A stretch of DNA of 63,481 bases, filler included, from Perkinsus chesapeaki ATCC PRA-425 (taxonomy: Eukaryota > Protista > Perkinsozoa), in NCBI GenBank assembly GCA_013115145.1. It is 13 parts of 13 records of this genome, joined end to end, with 100 filler letters (N's around TTAATTAATTAA, not from the genome) between each part and the next. Parts side by side here need not be neighbours in the genome. Positions count along the whole stretch, not along the records: positions 3,009 to 33,066 come from JAAPAO010000445.1; positions 33,167 to 34,555 come from JAAPAO010001990.1; positions 34,656 to 39,319 come from JAAPAO010001243.1; 10 more parts are not named here. The stretch is one strand, 5' to 3'. Below the pieces are notes generated by a model, which had not been told where the DNA came from, did not search any database, and worked only from the letters and a program-made list of their open reading frames with translations. A program made the position numbers and the translations under genes. This document shows, piece by piece, positions 24,201 to 35,067 of this stretch (its first letter is position 1; each line of letters begins with the position of its first letter).

Positions 24201-24901
24201 TACAACTCTCCGAATTTATCACGAATGGTACTGAGACAAGGCGTATCCTGAAACAACAAGGCATATTCATCAACGCCACGGAGATTTCCGCTCACCTCAG
24301 CGCCTGCGCTCAACTTGCTACCAGTTAGGAAAACCTGCACTCTTTTAGAATTGCCTTCCAACGGTCCCATACACTCCAGAAAGGCTTGCCTGATATCGTT
24401 GGCCACTTCCTTAGCATACTTAGTCGCCTCTTTAGTGGTGGATTGAACCACCGAGTAAAGTAATGTTGGAACAACTAACAGGACATCACTGGCTTCGTTC
24501 TCACGCTTTCGGGGTCGACGTTGCCCTTCAAGAGGAGGGAGCTTCCACTGTAGAGTATTTTTCAGCGAGGTTAATTCTAGGACCGAAGGCAGTGGCTGTG
24601 TCTCATCAGAAAGGATATCGCTTAGCCGCAGCAGCGCAGCATCGGCACATATTCCAAATATCGATAACAACTGTATTCGCCGAGTTGTCGGGGCACCACT
24701 TTCCTTCATGGGGATGAGAATAGCTCGGATACTGATCGGTAGCTCAGGTAGTGAGAGCATGTCCTGCAATACCACTGTTACTCCTTGGAACAAGGAAGCC
24801 AGTTCATACCTGGCAGGGGAACGGCAGCAGAGGGCAAAGGCAACCACTGCCGAAGTGAAGCGGAATAGATGGCAATCGATCTTCTGCGGGAAATTAGCCA
24901 A
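21233..24901 (-). CDS. Large protein with TRAF-type zinc fingers followed by a WD40-like beta-propeller
   Basis: 967-aa ORF containing CSYGCGWRG...PRHEGSVC...CPLC...THVC...CGRRGCFWTG...SEHKEKEC...CPHCGWAG...DH (about 22530-22840), then beta-strand repeats (WFTCLAAWDKFICAATSGSSL, GTLLVWRY). Downstream exons continue the propeller (LWIGD, LCIAVA, IHEDTVRDVAL, LAGTSEGDVVVWEV). Confidence 0.75.
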
Positions 24902-25035
24902 GATATTCGTTATCTATTCAGGAACTCACAGAGACAAGTGCAGAAGGGGGTCAAAATCTTATATACTAAACATTTAAAAACAAGTGGGACAAAACTGAGC
25001 AGCACTGGGCTTGTAGCCAGATATTGGCATAAGGC

Positions 25036-27010
25036 TTACTTCGAGCTTTCCATCCATTGAACGGTCCTCGAGGTCAACAATAGAATCGTAAGAATGTCGT
25101 TAACAGTCCGTTCAACAGCGATGTCGGTTAGGGTGAGCTCTACTGCTGATGCTGCACTACTTGCCGTGCTTCGTATGGCCCTGGCTATGCCACCATCGTA
25201 GGGATTGTTCGAGAGACACAAAAGTGTGCACTCTCTTCCACACTGTAGCTCGCGTTTGGACATCTATCCGGCACAGCAGGATATCGGTGACGATTGCCCG
25301 GCAAACTAGATCAACGCAAATCTGCTGGAATGAAACGGTTAGCTCAGAGCATGCCGCATGGAGTGAATCATCGACATGAGGACCGGTAAAGACTGACTTC
25401 CACCAAAAACGTGTGAAAGGAGAACTACTAGTAAAGTTGGCTGGCAGATTCTGCCACTGACAACATGTGTTAAGTTGTGCTGCACTTTTCAGTTTTGAGG
25501 GACGCTGCTGCCTGAGGAGGGTATGGTCCACTACAGCAGCTGCAGCAACAGCAGCAGCTTAGTGACTTCAATGAGCGGCTGCGCGTCAGTATCCAGTATG
25601 GAGTTTAATAAGCCACCTTGACCTAGTCTGGCTATACAATCGTGGACCGCTTCAAGGGGACCTGCTGGGATAACTGACATGCCAAAACGATTGAAACTCA
25701 CCAGTGAGGGTCAGAACGCCTGGCCGAGTTGACTCGAGAAGACTAACAGTAACCGTTTCGCTATCAACCTGGCGAAAAGCGAATGGGGGTATACCACACC
25801 GGCTACATGTCGGTACAACAGCCTCGAACGAATCTGGCGAACTCTCTGCCACTTCGACGTGAACCACCACCTGAGAGCACCGTTGGCACCAAGCAGCTAT
25901 ACTAGTCTAATACCATCACATGTGAGTAGACTTTACTTTCAGGCACCAGACTTGGTAGCATGTAGGACCTGCTTCGGTACAGCGGAGTCCCAAACCACTC
26001 CCACCTCACCAGAGCTGCCGATCATTCTGCATTGCTTTTATAACTTCCTTTACACCAAACAACACTTGCATAGTCGAACCGCTAACTTCAACAATACGCT
26101 CTTTAACGCCCGATTCATGCGAGGATATCTAAGCTCGAAGTGTGCACCTTCCCTGGAATGTGAATAGCACTGAAATCCTCGAGTTGGACTTTGCACAGAT
26201 GTCCTTGTGGAGTGCACCACGAGGGCCTAGGATACATGGGACAGACGTGTCAGGTATCTATCGGGGCTGTTCAATAGAACGGGCGGCATAGAGGACTGAC
26301 TAGCAATCTGATAAGGTAATAGCCATAAGGTGGCTCCACACCCGAGAGAGGGTTCTGTGCTGACGATTGCAGTCTACCGCCGAATTCGACAGGGATTCTG
26401 TTGAGGTCGGTGACTGGATGACAACCCTCGGCCGTAAACGACTTGCGACATATCTAACATGTCGACATTATAAGGTGAATGAGACCGCAGGGCAGGCCCA
26501 AAGCAGAAGACAGATATGTTCCGACTTCTTCTGGGCATCCCCGACTGTCTTCTGTCATTTTCTAGTACTGTCTAAACTACCAAGTATCCTCCGAACTTCT
26601 TCGCAGATGCCTTCCCAAAGAAGCATCGAACTACCTCCTCAGCAGCCAGCCACAGAGAATGCAGCACTCCAGATAGAGTGACAATCCTTACGCCGTCACC
26701 CAACCCTCTCCTGCTGGATGTGTCCAACTGTACGGTAACAATGACACTAGCCTCATCACTCCCATAACACTACTTCTGACATTCTCAACCTCGTCCGCGT
26801 CCTCACTGCCAGCTCCCGAATGGATCTGCCTCCACGACCGAGTATCGCTCCGACCACATTTGGCCGTATTAGTATCTGTACTGAGAATAAAAGTAATGCC
26901 ATCGAACTGCCCACCTTAGCGTAGGCAATGCCTGACTCTAGAGATCCCCCCCCTGCCGGTTTAGATCGATCTTGGCCAGCTTCCTGTGAACCGCTCAACA
27001 TAGAAGCCAT
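25036..27010 (-). CDS. RNA-binding protein with two type I KH domains (3' exons uncertain)
   Basis: KH1: ILIRPNVVGAILGRGGRSIRELAVRTRTRLRMSE | ...GVRIVTLSGVLHSLWLAAEEVV. KH2: LGPRGALHKDICAKSNSRISV | ...VKERIVEVSGSTMQVLFGVKEVIKAM. Assigning 25036-25870 to this gene is tentative. Confidence 0.7.
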
Positions 27011-27463
27011 TACTGAAATTTATGCATGCCTTCACCACGACACATGAGCAAGTGAATATCAAGGACAATATGATCGTAAAGATTTTACTTAATGTGATGA
27101 GACACTTACAAGTATACACAATCCTGATAAGATAAAGTGTGATGAGACAGTTTACAAAGTATTCCCAATCTTGATCAGCTCAAACTAAGGCAGGCCCCCT
27201 CACCTAATAACAGACTGCCGAACGCAAGACAGTAACTAGACAAAGACTAGAGTAATAATGTCAACTCAGGATTGTTACACCACCTGCTCGGGGGATGGAC
27301 CCAACCACCGAGAATAAATGTACTCGTTCATCGTTCATGGTTAAGCGTTATAACGGAAGGGGGATGGATGGCCGCCGAGGCTTAGGCATACTATTGAAGG
27401 CCGCGTCATGTACAAAAAATGGATTACAAATAGCAACAGAACCGGAGTTCTCCCAAGCGGAGG

Positions 27464-28031
27464 TTAGTTGTCCAGCAAACAACATAAAGTGCAGCAAGCG
27501 CAGGCACCTGAATCAAAACCACATGGCTGATTCTTCGATTCATCAGACACCTACCCAAGAGACACGCACAGCAGGCGTCGTCCGCATTGCTCTTCCCGTT
27601 ATCGGGATGATGTGTGGTGTATATAACCTGCTGAGGTGGAGCGTTATACGGCTGAGCATACGGCGGTGGCTGCGAGCCACCATTGTAGCCACCGTAAGGG
27701 TTGCCGTCGGCGTACGGTATGTTATTCGGTGGAGGAGCATACCTGGGAGGAATCACACCAGCGAATAACAAAGGTAATATCCCCTTACCCAGCCCCACAA
27801 CCGCCACCTGGCGTTTGTACCTGAACAGAACGATAACCAGAAATTGAGGTACGAAGGGAATCGGCAGGCAACAGAGCTGGTGGAATGGGAAGAGCTTACT
27901 TGAAACGTCTGACCAGGATAGACCCCCTGCGGCACTTGAACTTGCAGAGGCATTCCGTTGGAAGGGTCGACAACCTGTATTGTGCTACCCGGAGATGCAC
28001 CAGCTGGCACTTGGACTGTGATGAGTGGCAT
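27464..28031 (-). CDS. Small Pro/Tyr/Gln-rich protein with CYSTM-like cysteine-rich tail (4 exons)
   Basis: MPLITVQVPAGASPGSTIQVVDPSNGMPLQVQVPQGVYPGQTFQ | VQTPGGGCGA | GYAPPPNNIPY...QPPPYAQPYNAPPQQVIY...DDACCACLL | GACACCTLCCLLDN*; GT-AG introns. Confidence 0.75.
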
Positions 28032-28299
28032 AAAGGTGACGGGCGAAAAAGAGAACTGTCCCAAACAACTGAATAAGTTTCTTAGAGCTTCAGGTTGAAG
28101 CTCTGAAGACTAGTTGCCTTCGTAAGCATTGGACTTCCCTGGCCATAATGATTGAGTAAAACCTCCAAGTTAAGGTATAATGGAATCGATTGTGATAAGA
28201 TGCTGTTCCATAATCGGAAACCAGTAGTGATCGATGATGTAGAGTTTAATAGTACAAATAGCATCAATTCATTTACGTTTTAATATAGCAAAAAATACC

Positions 28300-28871
28300 C
28301 TATCCGACATAGCCTGCAGATGCCTGTGTTTTTCCGTCGCCTTCATAAGATTGCCATCCATCAGTCCATTCCGAATACGCATATCCGCCATCTTCATCGG
28401 CGGTTTCCGTATTGACCTCTTCAGTATCTTTCCACTTTCCAAAAAAGTGCCATCTACGATCTAGGCTGCTATCAGTATACCACCAATTGCCACCTTCTTC
28501 AAACCATTTATATTCCATGGCTCGATCTTCGTCATATGTATCGCTTCTAGGGCTCTCTGGCGTAGCAGTGGCATCGCCTTCAGTTTCGCTCCCCTTAGGT
28601 AGTGAATTCAGAAGAACCTTATTTAGCATTATTTCACCGGGTCTGTGTGGTTGTCGGCAAAAAGGGCACATAAGTCGGCCCATCCCTCGGGCTTGGCCAA
28701 GGTCCTCGATACAGCTAGCACAAAGGTTGTGACCGCAGACCGATAGTAACTGGGGAAAAGTAGAATAAATATGGATTTGCATGGCCTCACTTGGGGGGCG
28801 TGATCAGCTCTATCAAACGCAGCCGAGCAATACTCACAGATTAGATCGTTATCGTGGAAGGAGTCCGCCAT
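28300..28871 (-). CDS. RING-HC (C3HC4) zinc finger protein (2 exons)
   Basis: ICEYCSAAFDRADHAPQ | LLSVCGHNLCASCIEDL...LMCPFCRQ, followed by an acidic, Trp-rich tail. Confidence 0.85.
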
Positions 28872-28961
28872 GGAATGCTCTAATTAATACAAACCCAACT
28901 ACGAATTTTTTGAAGTGCGACGCGCCGACGATGGTCCGTGGAAAAATGTAGGAAAATGTCT

Positions 28962-30460
28962 CTAACCGCGAATCGAACTTGAACTCCACGGATCGAAGGC
29001 CAATTGCCGTTTATCAACACAACAAGTTTTTTGCCAGCAGCAGTAGTTAGGCACCCGACTGCAGCACATTAGAACGAACCACAAGATGGGATGTAGTAGG
29101 CTCAGTGACAGTGGACTTGCCAATGACAATTTGTCATGTTGTGCCGTGGACTGTAGGCTACAGCTTGTCGCACGCATGCGTTGCGTGCCTGAGCCTACTT
29201 CTGTCATTACTCGACCCGAAGATATACTGCAAGCCCAAGAGCAAGTAAGATGCAACCATAGGCAGTCTGTCGGGACTTTGGGAGTCCCACACTCCAGTGG
29301 GTCCCACAGTGGGACCAATAAGTTACTAGCAATATTATGCAAGCCTGGAGCCCGGACGTAAGGAGCAAGTATAAGTACGCTGCCTCAGCATCGCTGAGGG
29401 TTCGTTGGCAATTGGTGACCAGAGCGAATCAACCCGAATGATAGAGATGGACCAGAAGGTTCAACCCAGGTCGAGAGCTTGACAACTTGACATACTGCCC
29501 ATTCTCGCATGCGTCGTCGACAAGATCTTGTGTTAAGTTCTTCTTAGCACCTGTGTCCGTGGCACGGATTCCGTGCCAACCCTTCATCCCTGTCCCCCGC
29601 ATCTCCTCCGGAGCTTCTCCGGTTATACTTTCCGTTGAGTTTAATCGCCTAAACTCCAATGGGAAGCTTGATTCACGTTCAACTCAATAGGATCCTCAAT
29701 CTCGTAGTAGCCCATCTAATCCAGTCTAATTACGTCCGGTGGCCAGTTGGTCCATCCTCATTTCGCTCATTACTCTTTATTCACTACCTGTCACCAGTGC
29801 CGGGGACGGCGTACTCTTATCGCTTAGCTGATACTTAATGTATCACTCATCGTAGGACTTGCTGCTCGGCTCTGGCCAGGGCCAGAGCTGCTTTACGTGT
29901 AGAGGTTCCCGCGTCACCGTAAGACGCCCCCGATGAGGTTTAACCGGATCCAGCAGCTCTTCTGTAGCCGCATCTTTCGTATATTTGTATAACTGTGCGC
30001 CCCGTTAATCATTGTGTATTTGTCGTAGCGACACTGTGGTCGTGCTTGCCCAAAGTCAATTATTACTATTAAGTTTCATGACCGCCACAAATGCGGCGTG
30101 CTCCACCATGGTTTAGTCGAGGCGAGACGTATACGATAGGATGAAATGGCACTGGAAGAACACCAGCGTCGCTGGTCCAGCAATATGCTTTTATCCTTGG
30201 AAACGGCAGCAAAACTGTCATGATGGATGAACTGACAATGGATCAACAGAGGCGAGAAAATGATACCATTGTGCCGTTTGTGTATGCGTACAATGTATGC
30301 CGTACTTGCGCACGCAGATGCAAACCTTAGCACAAAATCCTTGGAACCGACCGTCAATACTAGGATTCAATAAGAACTGATACATGGTGCAAAATCGAAT
30401 CTAGGTTCTCAGCTGAGATGAAGGTGTTGTCCGCTGCTGGGCATATCTCCATCATCTTTC
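28962..30460 (-). CDS. Multi-exon hypothetical gene; boundaries approximate
   Basis: Protein-like segments with GT/AG borders (LYKYTKDAATEELLDPVKPHRGRL...; EEMRGTGMKGWHGIRATDTG...). A complete splice path could not be built by eye. Confidence 0.3.
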
Positions 30461-30573
30461 TCACTTAGTTGTTCCATATCCCACTTACTTTTGTGGAGCA
30501 GCTTCTAAAACTAATTTTTTGTTCGAAGTCGAGCTGCAAAGAAGATATCCACATCCTATAGGACAGAGATAGT

Positions 30574-32178
30574 ATGATACAGCTGCACATGATCTACTGG
30601 ATGCTATTGCTCTTCGGCGCATCCGCTGATGTCCACACTGCGGTTGAGCTTTTGGAGAAAGCGTTGACTGGAAAGGTGCAAACCTCCAAGATTCCTGACC
30701 CTTTCAACAGACGGTTCGGGGAATCTCGAGGATACATTCCAGCAGCAATGGTGAACGTCTCTTCGGCGGATGATACCAAGAAAGCGCTAGATATCTGTTT
30801 GGCCAATAAAGCACCAGTCGCTCTTAGGAGCAGCGTGGGTCATTCTTATATTGGCCAGTCAACAGTTAACAATGGTATCGTCATCAACTTTGACAATCTA
30901 AGGGAGTTCACTGTCATAAAGGAGGATGATGGATCCTACAGTGCTCGACTTGGTGCGGGCCTAGAGCTCCTGGAAGTATATTCACGACTGGCCCGTCACG
31001 ATCCTCCTTTAGGCATCGCTGCTGGTGATTGCCGATCTGTTGGTATTGCAGGGCTAACTCTAGGTGGCGGTTTGGGTGTATCTTCTGCAAAGTATGGCGT
31101 CACTGTTGATCGCCTTAAGTCTGCTGAGGTTGTGATATACAACAAGCCATGTGGAAGATTTGAAGTAGTTGAAGCTACTGGATATAATGAACACTCGGAC
31201 CTGTTCTTCGCAATCCGTGGCGGTATGGGTGGCAACTATGGTGCTGTTGTTTCCCTCACCTTCTCAACTTTCCCGGCTGATAAGGTTCTGGTTATGAAAA
31301 CTGGCGCCTTGAAGCCGAAGGATGTAACGCAGACCGATTTGATGAGGAAGTTCATGGCGTACATGCACTCGGGATCAGCCGGCCCCGAGCTTTTTGGTTC
31401 TGGGCAATTCTCGAATGGAGCTATCGAGTTCCAGGCGCAATGCTTTTGCGACCGTGGCTGTGTACACTGTAACAAGCTACTGGACGGCCTCCAAAAGGCA
31501 GTGGAAATTGTACATCCATGGCGGGCTGAGCAAGATTACGGTGAAGCCATGTGGATGTGGATGGGCTGCAGCGAGTACTACCCACCAGGGGGCCTTCGAG
31601 GCTGCACTGAGCGACAGCTACTCGATTCGATGGAGAAGTGCTGGAGACTCGGCAATAAGTACAAGGGTCAGATATACCAAAGCAAGTCCGTGTTCTTCCC
31701 GAAGAATATTCCCCTCGAGATTCTGAGATTCATGGAGACTGCGACAACGGATGAAGCTTGCCACCCCGGACCTTGCACCATCCAACTATATTTTCACGGT
31801 CATGCCGCACTTTCCCAGCCGCGTGATTGCAATGAGGCTGGTGGAAGCTGTACAGCGTTCGACCATCGATCTGCGGGATGGTGGTCCCAAATGCTAATCA
31901 ACTGGTCGGAAAACGAACCTGATGTGAGCAGCAAGCTACGCTGGTTGAAGAGCCTCTACCAGAACGTATTTCCGCGCTCCTCAAAGACAGCATACCAGAA
32001 TCTGATTGATATTGACCTAGCGGATGGTCGCAAATGGGTCGCTCAGTACTTCCCTAATGCCGCTACATATCCAAGGTTACAAAAAGTCAAGTGTCGCTAT
32101 AATGCTATTAACATGTTTACATTCCCAGCCATCGACAAAATGGTTGTGGAGATAAGCGATGGCATTTGCAGAGCATGA
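30574..32178 (+). CDS. Secreted berberine-bridge-enzyme-like FAD-linked oxidase, intronless
   Basis: 534-aa ORF; signal MIYWMLLLFGASA; ALRSSVGHSYIGQS (FAD-binding His); IAAGDCRSVGIAGLTLGGGLG (Cys of bicovalent FAD); DLFFAIRGGMGGNYGAV; C-terminal BBE motif AYQNLID...YFPNAATYPRLQKVKCRYNAINMF. Confidence 0.92.
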   Translation: MIQLHMIYWMLLLFGASADVHTAVELLEKALTGKVQTSKIPDPFNRRFGESRGYIPAAMVNVSSADDTKKALDICLANKAPVALRSSVGHSYIGQSTVNNGIVINFDNLREFTVIKEDDGSYSARLGAGLELLEVYSRLARHDPPLGIAAGDCRSVGIAGLTLGGGLGVSSAKYGVTVDRLKSAEVVIYNKPCGRFEVVEATGYNEHSDLFFAIRGGMGGNYGAVVSLTFSTFPADKVLVMKTGALKPKDVTQTDLMRKFMAYMHSGSAGPELFGSGQFSNGAIEFQAQCFCDRGCVHCNKLLDGLQKAVEIVHPWRAEQDYGEAMWMWMGCSEYYPPGGLRGCTERQLLDSMEKCWRLGNKYKGQIYQSKSVFFPKNIPLEILRFMETATTDEACHPGPCTIQLYFHGHAALSQPRDCNEAGGSCTAFDHRSAGWWSQMLINWSENEPDVSSKLRWLKSLYQNVFPRSSKTAYQNLIDIDLADGRKWVAQYFPNAATYPRLQKVKCRYNAINMFTFPAIDKMVVEISDGICRA

Positions 32179-33166
32179 AGGTTTCAGTGTCATGCTGATT
32201 TCCATGAGGCTCGTTATATTTCAATACTTCTATCGCACATTCGTTGCTGCTTTGTCGTGGCACTCACAGGAAGTAGTGTTCTAACTGCTCGTGAGGATTT
32301 TTATGATGTCTTTGGCGTTGTTGTATTACCGTTACCTTGTTCAGCTGCCCACAGCGCAGTTCGCTCGAGTGCGCACGTGCACGAGAGTGCTAAGAGAGTT
32401 CTTAGTTCATTTGGCCAAACGAACGGTGTATGGAGTCCTGTGGCTGTGCTAGAGTAGCAACAACTTGTGGCTACTTGAGGCCCAGAAGGATATTTGGAAC
32501 TCTTCTGATATGTCATTTTTTTCTCGTCAGTCGTTGACTCAACGGCTGCAATTGCATTATATTAGACATTGGTAGGGGATAGCATGATGAACAGTCGCCC
32601 GCAAATTTCGATATTTGCATCCATGTCCTCGCGCCAACTTACTATCCAATGGTAAAGATTCGAACTTTTTAGCCTCACACTCATCCAATGAGAAGTTTCA
32701 GGTTTGAGTGTTGAGTTTTCAGACAACAGTCAGGCGCAAGAAGCACTGCCCACCAGTAGAAACTTTCTGGACCGCCGCGCCCGATTCCAGCCCTGTATAC
32801 CGGCCCAGTCTTTACGCTCGTTTGAGGGAGCGACTTCACCGTGAGGTTCGCGGGGCGGCGCCAAAGAGCGTAGTCTCTCCCTGACGTGTGGGTCGTTCTG
32901 CGGCGCAACGCGCCGTGACGCCGTAAAGCGTGGAACTTGGTGCACTCCCGCATCTCACACATACGTCGCCTGAATCCGTTACCTTGTTTGAATTTAATAC
33001 CATGCTGGTCTACATAGCTTATTGGGCGTCCATGTTCATCGGTGTACACGCTGATGTTCCCACTGCNNNNNNNNNNNNNNNNNNNNNNNNNNNNNNNNNN
33101 NNNNNNNNNNTTAATTAATTAANNNNNNNNNNNNNNNNNNNNNNNNNNNNNNNNNNNNNNNNNNNN

Positions 33167-33464
33167 ACTTGTAACCAACGAACTCAGCCAGGAAAGCTGA
33201 TACAAATACAAGTACTAGAGTTGAGTAGGTCCACCAAGGATAAATTTGAGTGTATATTTCAACATCTGTGAAGGCCTTAACTTCTCGGAGATACGTTGAG
33301 AGATGCGGCTCGGAGGGTTTGAACGTTAGTAGGAAAGTGAAGGAGCAGCACTTCAAGGCTTCCCACCAAAACCGCTTCTTCAGCAGAGCTGCTTGATCAT
33401 CTTGCGGGAGCGAGATGTCTTTACTGCAAGCATTCGAGTCTCTAGCCACATCCGTATCGACCAT
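33167..33464 (-). CDS. Reduced folate/thiamine carrier (SLC19 family), 5' fragment cut by spacer
   Basis: FKPSEPHLSTYLREVKAFTDVEIYTQIYPWWTYSTLVLVFVSAFLAEFVGYK matches the SLC19 N-terminal signature (RPSEPFL.PYL...EIYP.WTYSYL...YK). Confidence 0.85.
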
Positions 33465-34254
33465 TCGATCGAACGAACGGCAAAGAACTGGAAAAACTTC
33501 CTCAATCGCGCGCCACGACGCCCACTCACCCGCACAAATCACACAAAGACCGAAAAAGCACTCTGTGTTATAATATCGGCTCCTGCGCCTGAGCATCAAT
33601 GTCCGACTGGTCTATGGGATCCTTTTCGGGTAGCTAAACCCAAGATGTATGATTAGGCTCGTTGCCTTCCGCAAAGATTCTGCTCCCCCGATCGTCGTGG
33701 CCCGAATGGATTTATTGCACGCATGCGCACTGGTGCGCGCACGTACATTTTGGCGCCCTCGAATCGAGAGTAACCAGCCACGCGCGAGAAGCAGCCACCT
33801 CAATGTCACACCCGGACGTAGCTTTCCCCCCTAGAAAAAAATGACTATTCGCGTCGCCTTTCACGCTATGCCGATTTTGTCCTCTCGAAAGTTCCGTGGC
33901 GGGGTGTCTTATCTTGCGCGCTAGGAGACAAATTTTGTGCCATTCTAGCGCGCTATAGAGACCCTCCCAGTTCCACGAGGGATTCTGTACCTTATATCCT
34001 CACGATTGGCTTTTATGTTGCTGGCGATGTTCCTCATTATAGCGATTTCTTGGGAAGGACTTAGAGAACTGTTAGGAATGCTATCGCCGTTATCCGAATT
34101 TGATCGAGTTTCCATCGTGAGTCGGCATGGGGTGGCGCTAAGGATAGTTCTCAGTTGGTTTTATTGGTGTAGTTCCGTTATGAGATCTCGCAGAGCTTCC
34201 AGTACTTTATCCTCCGATCGCACGGGTACCGCGGAATGCCTTGAGGAACCCATT

Positions 34255-34555
34255 ATGAGTAAGCCATTGGATTTAGAAGATACCGCATCCTCGTCAGCTG
34301 AGGAGTTCCCTGTCGAGAGCAAGAAGTCTTTCTGGAGCACCATTCGACATGGCGGTTGGAAAGTTCAAGTCGATGCGGATGGCTACAAGCCTTTCTGGTA
34401 TGAGGCTACCCTTTGTTGCACCTTTACCTTTCTGTTGGCTTTCAAGCCTTCCGAGCCCCACCTGACAACCTATCTGCGTGAGACCAAGGGCTTCACTGAT
34501 CAGGAGATCAACTCTGAGATCTATCCGTGGTCCACGTATGCCTGCATCCCTTTCC
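34255..34555 (+). CDS. Reduced folate/thiamine carrier (SLC19 family) paralog, 5' fragment cut by spacer
   Basis: MSKPLD...FWYEATLCCTFTFLLAFKPSEPHLTTYLRETKGFTDQEINSEIYPWSTYACIPF. Confidence 0.85.
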
Positions 34556-34748
34556 NNNNNNNNNNNNNNNNNNNNNNNNNNNNNNNNNNNNNNNNNNNNT
34601 TAATTAATTAANNNNNNNNNNNNNNNNNNNNNNNNNNNNNNNNNNNNNNNNNNNNACGTAGCAATGTGCAAGCAATGTCCCCGTCAGCACAACGCTTGAG
34701 GAACCGAAAGCAAAGAGATCTGGCCAGAGACAGGAGACTTGACGCGAA

Positions 34749-34808
34749 GATGGAAAAGAGGGAGAGAAAGGATGAGATGGAAAAGAGGGAGAGAAAGGAT
34801 GAGATGGA
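34749..34808. repeat. 27-bp purine-rich tandem repeat (2.2 copies)
   Basis: GATGGAAAAGAGGGAGAGAAAGGATGA x2 plus GATGGA. Confidence 0.9.
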
Positions 34809-35067
34809 GAGAGTGGGAGAATATATGTATTTATGAAATGTTCATGATGACTTTGATGTTGCTAACGAGGCAGAGTTTAGTGTAGAAGTATGAGTAATTA
34901 AACTAAGCCCTCTACGTGACAGCTATAACAAAAAAGTTGCAAACCTGCATTGCACACACGGAAGGCCGATCCAGAAAGTTCGGCCAGCTCGCGTTATGGT
35001 GCTACACCCTCCCAGCTACCACAGCGGACTGCTGGGTGATAACTACTGTGGACACAACAGCAATATA

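Noticed and set aside
30010-30070. IIDFGQAR as a protein kinase DFG motif
   Set aside because: No HRD, VAIK or glycine-rich loop could be found in neighbouring exons.
32200-33066. Minus-strand exon-like segments as the 3' end of the SLC19 gene across the spacer
   Set aside because: There are no transmembrane segments and adjacency across the spacer is unverified. It is left unannotated.
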